Shown here piece after piece: positions 26,230 to 39,185 of a DNA stretch of 64,000 nt. The stretch spans positions 78,554,001 through 78,618,000 of the forward strand of contig NC_042998.1 of assembly GCF_006345805.1 (NCBI RefSeq). Direction: 5' to 3'. The stretch comes from Octopus sinensis (Eukaryota). Both the position numbers and the translations under genes were made by a program. The number at the start of each line of letters is the position of its first letter. Position 1 is the first letter of the stretch. A model generated the notes under the pieces. The model saw nothing but the letters and a program-made list of their open reading frames with translations, searched no databases and was not told where the DNA came from.

Positions 26230-26899
26230 GAAATAGTCGTTGAATCTGAGAAGTCTATTTTGCTCCGTACTGCGGCTTATAAAAGTTGGTCTCTAATTTC
26301 TCCATGCATGCGCTTCTATTCGTTTGTGTAATTCGTTTGTTTTTGGAAAGAAAATAAATATCATAGGTCGCGTTTGTGTGTGTGTGTTTGTGTTTTTGTT
26401 TCACTGAAGTTACGCCTAACTCTGCTTGTTGTTGTATCATCTACATCTAGGATGCTCATTAGGTTAAATCGATTGTAGTATTTAACTGGTACTTTTGATG
26501 ATCTGCTCGGCTCGGGACTGATGAAGTTTAAAGTTGACCTTAACAGGATCCGAACGTAAAGAGCATTAACTAAACAGCAGTTAATTTGACCAAACGATCT
26601 GCAAGTGTCAGCCTCGTGAGTCAGAGTGGATGTTCGAGCGCATCTCCTTCGCCATCCTCCGGGGTAACGCCTTTTATATTTCGTCCGCTTGGGACCATGA
26701 AGCAGACTGAAAAATCTTTTTAATTATATCACTTGTTACTTTTTTGTTGGTATATGACATCACTGTTGTAATAAAACATTTTTGTAAAGGATTAATACAA
26801 AGACTAAAATACAGGGAAAACAAATCTACGATGATGTTCCCAAGAGAAAAATGATCATTTTCCTATTTTATGAAGTTTCTAACGATTCTATCAACCAAA

Positions 26900-26943
<44 letters not shown>

Positions 26944-27399
26944 TATATATAACTTTATATAATTAGGGTTCAGCAAAAAAAATTGCTTTACCACACACCG
27001 AACTTTTAGAAATAGCAGCCAAAAAATTTAGCTATTTCCTCTACTATAAGAAGTCTCCCAGACAATGTATACTCAAAAACAATTCACGTAGGCATAGAGG
27101 GAAAAAAACACGAAAGTTCACTCGAGAATTAGATTACTTGTGAACGCGTTTCTGGGTTAGTCAGATATAGAGAAGCTAGAAATACATCCCTATTCAAACA
27201 TTCCCGTCATCAGCACAGAGATTTCATAAAATTTTAATTTGAGAGCACTAAAAATCGAACATACCCATCTGATTTGAGTAACCTCAGACGAACCATCCTC
27301 GACATCCAGTACTAACGAATTCAAAACATACGAATGAGGCTCTGCATCTTCCCCTGTCCACCCACGATATATATATATATATGTAGTTTGTTGTCGTTC

Positions 27400-28217
27400 T
27401 TGTTGTCCAAGCTATAAGTACGCGACTGTTACTGTTCCTCTGTCGCTAGAGTGCATCCACAGCATATTGTATGGGCCCACTTAGGCTACTGATTGTTGTA
27501 GCTGTTTATATGCCTGTGTATTCTTTATGCCTGTGTAGGCTGAGCGGGCGAGATTGTGTCTTTTTTTTGTGGTGGTGGTGGTGGTGGTGAGTTTTGCTGT
27601 AGTAATTCTCTGTGATGTAAATGTCTGGGTGTTTGGATGTGGTCGTTTGGGGTTTGGCTCTTACGGCAGCAATGTTTACTACTCTGTGTTGTGTTCTTCA
27701 TAGGTTGTCCTGGTTTGTTGAGAAGATATTACGGGCCCACGTAGGACTCAGGTATTATTTTGTACACCATAGTTTTTTGTTTTTGTGGTGGCCAAATGGG
27801 GGTACATGTGATCGCTGTGTGTTTGTGAGACGTTTTACCTTTTTGTTTTGTAAATGGGTTGTGAAATTTGTTGTGGGGTTGTATACTAGTTCTAGTATTT
27901 TTCTTTTCTTTGCGTCTGATTTGTTTATGTTGCTGGACATATTGGTCGGTTGCATTTGACGTTTGCTGGGAAGAAGGGACACCATGAATTTGGTAGGTGC
28001 CACTAACGCTAAGTCTATTGTGGAGATGATCGCAGACTGTGAGTGTAATCATCTGTGTATAAGGATGACTGTATGTTTTGTGGAGGTGTGGGAAAAGTCA
28101 TGTAAGAATAAGTTTAAAAGATTGAGTAAGAGGACAGATCCTTGTCGTAATCTATTCGGGAATTTGCAATGTTCTGGAAGTATTCGTGTATACATAGGTT
28201 TGGCGACCTGACATCAT
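27400..28217 (-). mobile_element. Decayed I/Jockey-group non-LTR retrotransposon (RT C-terminal half)
   Basis: LRQGSVLLLNLLNLFLHDF, LYTDD and KILELVYNPTTNFTTHLQN correspond to the QGSVL, YADD and LG(V/L)xxD motifs; frameshifted. Confidence 0.65.
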
Positions 28218-28639
28218 GAGCCCTTTTTGAATATCACAGTTTGCAAGCCAGGGTTATCTCTTAAAGTGACAATGTTGCTTGTATGAATGTTGCATGTCCC
28301 CTCTTTTTTTTCTTCTTTTTTTTCTGTACAAAGGTTTGTCACTCTGCTATGATTTATTTTATCTGTTATTTCCGTGTTTAGTTATTTGATACTGAGTTTA
28401 TTTCTTGTCGTGGTTTTAATGTGTTGTTTTATGTTGTCTCTTTTAACCCTCTTGCAATATTTCTTAGCTCAACTGTATTATATAGCATCGTGGATCTTCT
28501 GTTAGCGTTTGTCAACGTTGAACTGATTCAGTGCTGCAGATATTTCTGTGTTATCATTATAGTAAGTAGCGGTGGGTGTTCTAATAAACTAGAGTATTTA
28601 TGAGAGACAGTTCTTTGAAGTACTTACACGAAACTGAAC

Positions 28640-28804
28640 TTCTTTTGCAAGACAGTCGTACTCTCACACCTGGTTTTCCGAGTACGCTGGGAGCATAAGT
28701 CTCGGGGCGTTAGCCTTTATAATTTACTTTTTTTTTTTCGAAAACTTTCATAAAGTTTAAGGTATATCACATCAGTTTTGTGTGATGCAACTTCTACCTA
28801 AATG
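28640..28804 (-). mobile_element. Short CR1-like RT fragment
   Basis: GRSCITQ followed by TDVIYL on the minus strand at about 28740-28800. Confidence 0.45.
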
Positions 28805-29423
28805 GAGCCCTTTTTGAATATCACATTAGCAAATCTCGCTTCTCTAAAATCGTAACGCATTTCTCTCTGATTATCTGATTCTACGACCTTGCTGATATGG
28901 GAAGTCAGAAAGATAGGTCTGTAATGATTAACATCTGTTTTTCTTCCTCTTTTATAAATAGAACTTATTTTGCCGTCTTTCTGTTACTTATTTATGTATG
29001 TATTTTAAGGTGCTTAGCAATTTCGAAGAAACCTTTAACTAAAAAAATACCTGAAGACGTAGAGCCGTTATATGCACACACACACACACACACACACATA
29101 CACACACACACACACACGCACACGCGCGCGCGCGCGTTTTTAGGAGATATGTCAGGAAACGATCGGGAACTGTTGCTGAAACGTGATTGTGTGTGGCAGC
29201 AGATATATTAATATCGATGTAATTGATGGTTGCCTCTTTCCTTTTGCAGAGTCGCAGTGTTGGGAAAGCTCATTTGACTCATCCATTTACATTTGCACTC
29301 GTGAAAAAACTGTTGAATTGTTCAATCAATATTCATATTAATTTATAGTGATCACTTGTACGCAAGCTACTTCCTTGAAAGAATTACTCTATTACGCTAT
29401 TTAGACGTTCACTGACGCTGTCT

Positions 29424-29445
29424 TTAATTGTTGTTATTGTTGTTG

Positions 29446-29482
<37 letters not shown>
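29424..29482. repeat. (TTG)n/(ATT)n microsatellite
   Basis: Direct reading; further (ATT)n tracts at 29667-29733 and 29915-29958. Confidence 0.9.
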
Positions 29483-29484
<2 letters not shown>

Positions 29485-29733
29485 GCCCGTTGCTCCATTT
29501 TGAGTTCAAATTCCGCCGAGGTCGATAAATTAAGTACCAGTTGAAAACTAAGATCGATGTAATTTGAAACCATTTTTATTATCATTAATGAGTTTTCTTC
29601 TTTATTCTTCCCCCTTTTCTTGCTGAGTGTCTTTCCGACTCCTGGGTCAAAGAAACTCACTGTATACGTTGTTGTTGTTGTTGTTATTAATAATATCATT
29701 ATTATTATTATCATCATCATCATCGTTATTATT

Positions 29734-29914
29734 AAGGCGACGGGCTGGCAGCATTTTGCCCATCGCTACGTTCAGAGTTCAAATTCCGCTGAAGTCGACT
29801 TTACCCTTCATCCTTTCGGAGTCGATAAAATAAGTACCAGTTGAATACTGGGGTCGATGTAATCGACTCATCCCCTCCCCCCAAATTGCTGCCCTTGTGA
29901 CAAAATTTGAAACG
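29734..29914 (+). mobile_element. tRNA-derived SINE family B, full length
   Basis: AAGGCGACGGGCTGGCAG...GAGTTCAAATTCC (B-box-like)...GTCGATAAAATAAGTACCAG...GAAACG, flanked by (ATT)n on both sides. Confidence 0.85.
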
Positions 29915-29948
<34 letters not shown>

Positions 29949-29958
29949 TATTATTATT

Positions 29959-32900
29959 CAGTAGTTTTATTTTTATAACGTACATTCACTTCACTACCGA
30001 GCGCAGCTCTCTGTGCTTTGGGTATGTGTTGTGGTTTGCTGTGATGCTTTTATGGTTACTGTATTGAAAGTGTTTTGTGTAGGATGTGTGCAGTGCCCAG
30101 CAGTGCAATTTTCTGTATGTCATATATATTTGTAAGTCTTGGTGTTTTTGTTATGTATTTTTCTGAATATTCTTTTATCATACCTAATGCGTCCACTAAG
30201 ATAGGAATTGTTTCTGTTTTTAGATTCCACATTCGAGCTACCTCTATTTCCAGGTCTTTGTATTTTGAAAGTTTCTCCATTTCTTTTAGAGACACGTTGT
30301 CATCTGCTGGTGTTGATACAGCCATTAGAAAGCATTTTTCTTCTTCATGATCTCTGACAACTATTGGGCTTAATTTCTCTATCTGTGTGTATTGGCATAT
30401 CCCAGAGTATGGTTGCTTTCTCGTTTTCTGTGACCTTTTATGGCGTGTGCCTATACCATCTTATTTCTGTTGTTAGTCCATAGTGTTGGCATAACTTCCA
30501 GTGTATGTAGGTCCCAACCCTGTCGTGTCTGTGAATACACTCCTTCTTAGCCAGGACTGGGCAGCCAAAGATAATATGATTTATTGTTTCTTATCCATCT
30601 CCACATATTCTGCAGCTACTTATGTTTCTTTTCATTATATGTTTTTTGGTAATTTCTGGTGGGGAGGCTTTGGTCTTGTGCTGCAATTAAAAATCCTTCA
30701 GGTTCTGCTTTGAGTCTTGAGCTTCTCAACCATTGCTGAGATTTTTTGTCTATTTCTTTTGCATTTAGTTAGCCCAGTATTTGCCATGAAGGGGCTTTTC
30801 TTGCCATTGTTTTATCATGGCCCGTTGCTGTTCTAGTTTTAGTTTGGATTTCATTTGTTTTATAGCTTTTGCTGTTTCTCCTCCTCCTCCTCCTTCTTCT
30901 TCTTTGTTAGGTAGTATGACTTCTTTGTTTGTATTTGTCAGTTTCCTTAAATACTGAAAACAGTTTTTTGTTTTGCTCGTGTTTTGTGGCTATTTGTATT
31001 AGTTTTCCTTGCTTCTGAAGTAGGTATTTTTGCAGTCCTATGGTGGTTATTTTATTATAGTTTTCTAGCTGTATTAAGGCCTGTATATTATATACAGACT
31101 TAAGAGTTAGTTTTTATATTTTTATTTTTATATTGTATAGATATTGGTGAGAATATTTTATCCTTTTTTTTATATCTTTGTTAATTACATTCTTTCTATG
31201 TTTTAACTGTGTCGGTGGTTTGACCATTTAATCAGTTTGAGATCTGTTTTTCGTCTAATAAGAATTTTTCTGTCTCTGGGAATGTTATTTAGTGAACTTT
31301 GATCTTTCATGACATATTTAATGCACATGGCTTGCATTGTTGACACAAATTGCATCAGTTTTATGTCACTGTCCTTATACCGAGAAGATTTGGTGCCAGT
31401 TCAGCTTGCAGATCTCACTTTTTCCCATTTAATTAATTTTTAGTGAGTGGTTATAGAAATACAGGTTGGACAGGGTTATAGGTTTGTGATGTACCGAACT
31501 AAAAGTTCTTTCGAATTTCATACTTTTACTAATTCTACAGCTAATGTTAGTTAAAACCTGTTGAATTTCACATTATCTATAAAAGAAAAAAAAGAAAAAG
31601 AATTCTAGGTGTTACCTTCACAGTGTGGTAGAATTTTACATTATTTTTGAAACAAGATGCTTCTGTTAAGGTAGATGACCATATATCCATGAACAGCATT
31701 TTAGTGAGGAAAAGCCAACGCTTTCTGTGTTGTTAAGTTGCGGTATTCCGGATTAATGTGGCCCTCTGATGATTTGAGTCTGGGAAGATTGAAGCTGTCT
31801 GAAAGGAATGGGTAGATATACTCTGAATTGGTTTCATTTTTCTTAATATACCACCTTTTTTACTCCCCAATTTGGTCAGTATCTCGAATCAGATCTTGGG
31901 CCATGATTTGATACATCTTGTGGGAGGCCATTGCTCCTTCTACATATACCTACGTTGGCTTCCCTTATATGTGCCGGTTGTGTATCACAAATTGTATTTT
32001 TGTGTGACAATAGATGTAAAGATATGACATCTTCAGGAGCGTGCATGTATGTCAACTCTACAATGGTTTCTTATTTTCTTTTCAGTTTGGAAAAATATTT
32101 TTTGTTAAACATATTTCTACATCTTATTGATAATTCTGTGTCAAGCGTATGCCTCAGTTTGAAGTGTCCAAGCTTTTGAGTTTTTAGGCCTTTCATGTAA
32201 GACTATTTTTCACTAGTTGCAATAGACTCAAGACATTCAGTAGCAGTATAGCTGTTGCTTTTAATGAGATGTATCAGGTGGTCACCTTGGGTATATTATT
32301 TGTGGTAACTTCGTTTATTGGTGTCAGTAAATTCGTGATTGTGAGCTGTTTTCTTTTCATTTTTTTTTGTAACGACAGCAACTGTTACATAACTGTGTTA
32401 ATGCCTTATTGGTCAAATGCTGAAATTTGCTCTACCGTCCCGACTTGTTTCTTGGTAGAAATTAAATGATATGACCCTTTCCAAATGGGTTTATTTAGAT
32501 CGTTTCTTCAGACACATCTATATTGTCGTTTGGTTTTGCAGAGTATAAGATGAGCTTATCTATACATTGAGCCCTTCCTCACGTACTTGTAGTTTAGTTG
32601 AAGCAGTCACTTTATTTCATATTATGTTTGACTGAGCAGATATAATTTGTCCTGCTTTCTCTATTCTTGTAAGCACCATTTATATAACATCTACAGATGA
32701 TTAAATCTCCATTCACGCACACACACACACACGAAATTTGTTGGTCCATATCAAATTCGATTGAACAAACCCACAATCTAAGGCATTCTAACCACTACCA
32801 CTCTTCCCTTGATATTATATTCCCTAGGTTACATATCCTATGTCTCATTCAATTTATATGTTGGTAGATTGTTATTTTAAGATTACTTGGCTGCTACTTC

Positions 32901-33260
32901 CAGCAGAAGTAAACGCTGCCTTGGATCACTAGTAATTATTGTTTTATTTTTGTCTTTTTAAAGCGGTGTGTGTTTATTTAATTGCTTTGAATGTTATTCC
33001 TCATGGCAATATCGATTTCTTTCCGCCATTGCTAATTGTTATATAACCATTTATGTATTCTGTAATTTGATTATTGTCGTAAGTAGTGAGTTAGTGGTGA
33101 GGGCATGCTCTTTCTTAGACTCATCCTTCATAGAGTTGTCAAGATGAGATATTAATGCAGCTGCTGAATACTGTGTAGTTGATGTTAAAAGCTTTTGTGT
33201 CTTTGTTTCGTGGAGCTGCAAGCAATTTTTTATAAATTTCTTTGAATTTACTTTAATCTT
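29959..33260 (-). mobile_element. Decayed R4/Dong-type non-LTR retrotransposon (RT remnant, CCHC knuckle, restriction-like endonuclease)
   Basis: ETINHIIFGCPVLAKKECIHRHD (knuckle), KATILWDMPIHTDREIK and EKLSKYKDLEIEVARMWNLKT...IQKIALLGTAHILHKTL (RLE C-terminus). The 3' UTR runs into (AAT)n. The RPD catalytic motif is deleted. The extent above 31 kb is less certain. Confidence 0.85.
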
Positions 33261-33779
33261 TGATATCTGTTCTTCGGGGTACCTTCTATGACTTTCAGAA
33301 AATATGCTTCATTCCCCACCCATTCGAAACCATACTATTATTACTCCCACAACCAAATTATTCCTCATATGCACCAACTGATGAGACAACCACTACGTGG
33401 TCGCTCTCGACCTATGAAAAAATAGCAGCAAAATCTCTCTTTTTAAAAGTATTAACGTATTGTACAATATTGTCCTAGATATACTATACTTGGTAAAATA
33501 GACAGAATGGGTGCTGCTGGAACACCTTAAATCATAGATCAATTCGAGCCGGACTTTATAAAAATAAAAAGAGAACATTCTCCCTCAAAGCTGCGAGGAA
33601 TACTGCCTGTAAACACTTGGAGAAAAGTAACTATAACCAAAAACCGAGAGGCTTTTATCTACTACCACAACATCGGCCATTAGAAAAGCAAAGACTATCT
33701 TGGTACACTGCATAGATTACAAGCTCTCTCACTCCCTAAGCTGCAACTAGTTTTTCTGTTCTCTTTTCAAGAAGCTTTA

Positions 33780-34450
33780 GCTGTTAGAGTGGAAATTGCC
33801 TAGGTGCGTGATCTGGGAAGTAGTATTTTCCGAGCAAGAATAGCTAATCTTAGCGTTATTGATGTTGACGAGTTTGTTTATTTGTGATTTGGAGGGAAAT
33901 GTTGTCTCACGAGTAGAAGTTCCTTGCACCGTTAGTGACTTCAATCACGTTATATGGTAGATTAAAAACAGTTCACTTTCCTCTTCCTGGTGCTTCTATG
34001 TATGTTAGGAATACTTTTTGAATAGTGGAAACTCTGTCAAACGGCTGCTGGTTTGCATGTCGTTATACTTGGGGGCATCCCTGTTAAAGGTTTTTCAGTA
34101 TGAGGATAAATCAGAACCTCTCCTACTTAGTTTAGTTAGTGGGTAGAATTGTATACATATGTGTGTGTGTATGCATAGTATTCCCGTTTAGCTTTATTTT
34201 TGAAGTAGTACTTGCTTGTGCTAAAATCTAGTGTTCAATCCAATAAGTTTTATATCGCTAAGTTGATGCTAATAGTTATGCTTCAAACTCCTTGAATATT
34301 CCTGTTAAGTACTTTCTACATCTGTCTATTCTGTTGCGTTGTCATTTGTGATGTATGAAATTGCTAAGCCGTCATCTCTGTGCAACCTGGAGGTATTGGG
34401 GATTGACGTACAATCCCACGAGGTTCCAAACATCAGCTCCGAGAGGGGGG
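33780..34450 (-). mobile_element. Decayed Penelope-like element (RT and linker)
   Basis: GADVWNLVGLY, LHRDDGLAI, RIDRCRKYLTGIFKEF, RKRKVNCF/NLPYN, QHFPPNHK and NNAKISYSCS match the PLE motifs GAEVCELVGLY, GLYRDDGL, RKVIWFNPPY, KHFP and KVSYSC. Confidence 0.8.
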
Positions 34451-35760
34451 AATTTACCACAACAGTTTAAATACTAAACTGATAAGGAATGCTAGGAAGT
34501 CGCTGTTATACCTCAGCAGTTCCTAGTGGGTCAAAAAGAATGGTGATTCTTTTTTCGACATCTCCAAGAAAAGCTAGTTCATACATTAATCAGTTATTCC
34601 TCTAAACCATTGATTTTAATTCTGCTCCCTTCCAACGTTTGCACTTCACATTCTCTATCCACGTCAAAATAACTGCCACCATAATTAAAATATATTAATT
34701 TTATTTTTAATATATCTAAATTTCTGAATCCCACCGTAATCTTATCTTTTGCTCCTCATAGTTAATATAGTATAATTTTTAATTTGATATTTCATTAATG
34801 CTATTAATACATTTTCTTATCTTTTAACTCTCCCATTAAAGTCACCATACAGCTAATAGTACACAAATGTTTTTTGGGTTTTTTTTAATCGAAAAAAGAC
34901 AAACTCCAGGAATACTGAAAATGTAGAAAATCAAATTCATACAGTTAACTCTAAAACTTCCATCGACGTTCAATCACAAGATTTATTCTTTCTCCTTTAT
35001 TTCTCTTTTCTATTTCCAATCAACTATATAGCCTTTCATATTTCTCAAAAACAAGAAACCTTTCAAATTCCATAAATGAAGTGTTCTTTTGTTTTTTGAC
35101 ATAGAGATTTTTATACTGGAATCAAGACAAATTCTCGGTAATGCTTGTTAACCTCCCGTATTTTAAGAGAAGCAGTTGTATATTTGGAGTGTACCCTCTA
35201 TGGAAATGGATATAATTACATTGATCGATAATTTATCTTGGAGTTTGTCCTCAATTGCCACAAAGCAATTATTCTAACCTCCTTGGAAGTGAATATAATT
35301 TCAATAAATCATGAATTTATCTTGTACATTATTTAATATACCCTTATCTGTTTTGTTCAAATACACACCACTGGCCACCGTCGGTTGTTTTTCTTAGCTC
35401 ATTTTCGTTTTGGTCGTTTTTATACATATCTAAATGTTTACTGATGATATAGAGCAATCGTTGTGCTTATAACGCCTTGTCCACAACTGTCCTCTTGTTT
35501 TCAGACAGACTCTCTTTAATGGCTTATCAATTTTGGTGTATTTTTGGTTCTTGAGATTATCTCCCCTTCTCATATGGAGTTGATGCCAATTGTCTCGAAA
35601 CAGTTTGTCTACACAATTTCTCTATTCTCTAGAAATTTATATAATTTCAATAAGCAAGTGCTATTATAAGCAAAATGTTATCATTTCATGCGTGTGTATG
35701 TGTGTGTGTGTACGTCTTTGTACATACATACGCGCATACACACTATATACACACGCACGC

Positions 35761-35814
<54 letters not shown>

Positions 35815-36100
35815 GGATATGGCCGAATGGGTTAGAAGTTTGCGTCGCAATCACAACATCCTGGGTTCAATTCCACCGCGTAGCGTTTTGGACAAATGTC
35901 AATTCCTACCAAAGTGCCACCCAGAAACCGCACAAAAGATTGTGGAGTTGATTGTACCTGTAATTTAAAATGTATAGACATGTTACACTCTGTATCACGC
36001 TGATTCATCTTGTGAATTATGTGAAGGGTACACACATCTGTGGAACGCTCAGCCAGTAACAGGAGCAGGTAAATCAGTGGATTCGAACAATTGAACTGTC
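35815..36100 (+). mobile_element. SINE family C-related, diverged
   Basis: TGGCCGAATGG (A-box-like), GGTTCAATTCC (B-box-like), then the tail GGGTACACACATCTGTGGAACGCTCAGCC shared with 16420-16570 and 52505-52770. Confidence 0.65.
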
Positions 36101-36137
36101 ATCATTAAACGACAGGTATTCATCATCACTATATATA

Positions 36138-36206
<69 letters not shown>

Positions 36207-36208
<2 letters not shown>

Positions 36209-36353
36209 GAAGACCTCCATGACGGTGGAGTTACGATTTCAGGAGGACGATTGGGATCGCGTGGATGAGAAAGGCGCGATCCAGAGAGGAGTGGACAGCG
36301 TGCTGTGACCAGCGGTGTCAAATGGACGCCTGACGGACTGGTCGATCAAGGTG
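36207..36353 (+). mobile_element. 5'-truncated RTE-1-type LINE 3' end inside (TA)n
   Basis: GRPP*RWSYDFRRTIGIAWMRKARSREEW is the typical RTE ORF end (GRPPxRW...W...W). A short 3' UTR follows, with (TA)n on both sides. Confidence 0.7.
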
Positions 36354-36617
36354 ATATATATATATATATGAAAAGGATCGAAGGACCTTTCCGATCCATG
36401 GGTTCATTAGACCGGATTCTGTGGCGCATATATTCCTCACTCCCACTGGACGGGACGCCGGTCTGATATAGGATTACTCTCTTTTGCTAGCTGAATGAAC
36501 TGGAGCAAAGTGAAATGAAGTGCTTTGCTCAAGAACACAATGCATCGCCCGATCAAGAAATCGAAACTTCTTTGAACTGAAGCTTCAAGTTTCGCCCGAT
36601 GTCCTATTCAGCCTATG

Positions 36618-36855
36618 TGGAGGCGCGTGGCTTAGTGGTTAGGGTGTTGGACTCACGATCGTAAGACTGTGGTTTCGATTCCTCGACCGGGCGACGTGTT
36701 GTGTTCTTGACCAAAACACTTCATTTCACGTTGCTCCACTCCACTCAGCTGACAAAAATGAGTAGTCCTGCGACGGACTAGCGTTCCGTTTAGATAGGGT
36801 ATATATACGCCATGAAACCGGGAAAACCGCCCTTCTGAGTCAGCATGACTCGAAA
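36618..36855 (+). mobile_element. tRNA-derived SINE family C head with a different tail
   Basis: GGAGGCGCGTGGCTTAGTGGTTAGGGTGTTGG...GGTTTCGATTCC...CACTTCATTTCACGTTGCTCC. An oppositely oriented partial copy lies at about 36385-36560. Confidence 0.75.
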
Positions 36856-37035
36856 AGGTAGTAACTTTACCTATTCAACTAATTTGACACACACATTTGG
36901 GATGCAAAACAATGACCAGCTGACTGAAGTAAGCAGAGTATATAACAATATCTGAATTTTTGTTTTAAGATGATTTTTTTTAATTCTTAAATATTTTTGA
37001 TTGGAAAATTCATTGATAATATTAACCGTGGTTAT

Positions 37036-37244
37036 AAGGCGGCGAGCTAGCAGAATCGTCAGCACGCCAGACGAAAAAGTTTAGCGGCATTTTGCCGCTC
37101 TTCATGTTCTGATTTCAAATTCCGTCGAGGTCGACTTTGCCTTTCATCCTTTCGGAGTCAATAAAATAAGTACCAGTAATGGGGGCGATGTGATCGCCTT
37201 ACCCTGTCCCCAAAATCGCTGGCCTTGTGCTAAAATTTGAAACC
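37036..37244 (+). mobile_element. SINE family B, full length
   Basis: AAGGCGGCGAGCTAGCAGAATCG...TTCAAATTCC...TTTGAAACC, colinear with 29734-29914. Other B pieces lie at about 26455-26590, 53260-53440 and 54310-54430 (-), and 50525-50720, 55186-55325, 59585-59665 and 63855-63930 (+). Confidence 0.85.
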
Positions 37245-38271
37245 AATAATATCCGTGATTATGATAAGCGGCTTTCATGCACTCACAAACACACATAAAT
37301 ACATGTATTCATACACACATATTTATATAGCATTTTTTTTTGGGGGGTTTCAGTCATTTGAGTACGGCTCTGCTGGAGCGCTGTCTTGACGGGTTTTTTG
37401 TCGAACGAATCGACCCCAGTACTTATGTTTTTTAAAGCGTGCTTATTCTGTCGGGACGTAAACAAACTAACACTAGTTGTTAAGTGGTGGTGGGTGACAA
37501 ACACGAGTATATATGATATATACACATATCTCTTTTTATCTTTTACTTGTTTCGGTTAATACTGGGGCACTGCCATGAGGAATGTTAGTCAAATGATTTG
37601 ATCCTAGTATATTTTTTAAAAGCTTGGTTCTTATTCTGTCTATCCCTTTTACCCAACTGCTGAGTTACGGGGACGTAAACACATCAACATCGGTTGTCAA
37701 GCGATGATAGGGAACAAATACAGACACAAATACACGCAATGGGATTGAACCCAGAACCACGTGGTTGGGAAGCAAACTTCTTACCACAGCCACTCCGCCT
37801 ATATATACGCCGGACTTCTTTCAGTTTCCGTATACATACATACACACACACACATATATATTGTTTCAGTCATTAGACTGTTGCCAGTCGAATACTTTAT
37901 TTTCTTAAGCCTGGTACTTATTCTATCGGTTCTTTTTTGCCGAACCGCTAAGCTACAGGGACGTAAACACACCAACACCGCTTTCCAAGTGTTGATGGTG
38001 GACAAATACACACACACACACACACACATGTATACAACAAGATTATTTCAGTGTCCGTCTACCAAATCCACTGACAATGCTTTGGTTTGCCCGAGGCTAC
38101 ATTAGTCAGTCCATTTAAAATGTTAACTCATAAACGATAAAATAAAAAAAAAGGAGAACAAATACACGTAAGTGTACAATGTATGCGAATCTGGAGTAGA
38201 AATTCAAGAATTTCAAATGTACAATACAATGATTTCTAATCGTAATATAGGGGCCTGTAGTACATTTTCAC

Positions 38272-38687
38272 GGATCTTTTCGGGTTGAACGGCTGTTTTT
38301 TTTAAATAATTTCCACGTAACTAAACACTTTTAAACTTCGTATACTGGTAGAATGTGTTTATAAAACATCTTTTTCTCTTGGCTTTATTGAGAAAATCCT
38401 ATTGTTTTTAAGATATTTGTTGTTATTTTTCTTCATTTTTTTGCAATTTCAACCAATCAATGACGTCTATTGAGGTGAAAACATTCTGTGCCGTATGAAC
38501 ATGTCCCTCGTTTAAGAAACAGATCGGGTTTATTTACATTTCTGAAGAAAAAAAAGATACCCTTCCTCCCACCCCTAACCCTAAAACAGATTGAAATGCA
38601 ATAGATCGATACTAGGGTCATAATTATGGGTGACAATTTCATATGACACCGCTAGAAAAAAAACTGCCGTTCAAACCGAAAAGATCC
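38272..38687. mobile_element. MITE, 416 bp, 32-bp TIRs, 9-bp TSD (MULE- or Merlin-like)
   Basis: TIR GGATCTTTTCGGGTTGAACGGCTGTTTTTTTT matches the opposite end at 30 of 32 positions. TSD CATTTTCAC lies at 38263-38271 and 38688-38696. Confidence 0.9.
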
Positions 38688-39185
38688 CATTTTCACTTCT
38701 ACTTCCCTCCACCATCTAACTATAATGAAAGAAATGTCTAGTGTGAATAAACAGCTCTTTTGTAAAATGGAAATGTTCAGAAGCAACTCCAAAGACGTAG
38801 TTTTCGACTACCTCCTTCGCAATACTGTTGAAAAACGCAACGCAAGTGAGCGTGTGTCACGGGAAGATGTGTAGCGCGTTGAGAGCGGTCTTTATGAAGA
38901 TTCAACCACATTAACTAGCATAAACACTGGAAAGCGTGTCTCAGTTTTTATACAGTGACAAATTAACGGCAGCGCGTCCACCTTGTGTGTATGTGTGTCG
39001 GAGAGGAAGAGGGAGTCAGAATGAAAAGGAGTTACGCGGGTTTTTAATTTCTTACTCTTTCTCTGTCGTCGCACGCGCACTCGCACGTACACACACACAC
39101 ATTCTCTCCACCCACACCTTTTCATTGCTCTGTTTTCCTACTTTTGATACATCTATCCGCTGACATCTTCCACGACATTGTATGG

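Noticed and set aside
27140-27175. Minus-strand CTGACTAACCCAGAAACGCGTT as a hammerhead
   Set aside because: It has the GAAACGCGT palindrome, but the core is mutated and stem II is missing.
29230-29350. Strong splice acceptor (CTCTTTCCTTTTGCAG) with short open frames
   Set aside because: No donor or recognisable peptide; insufficient alone.
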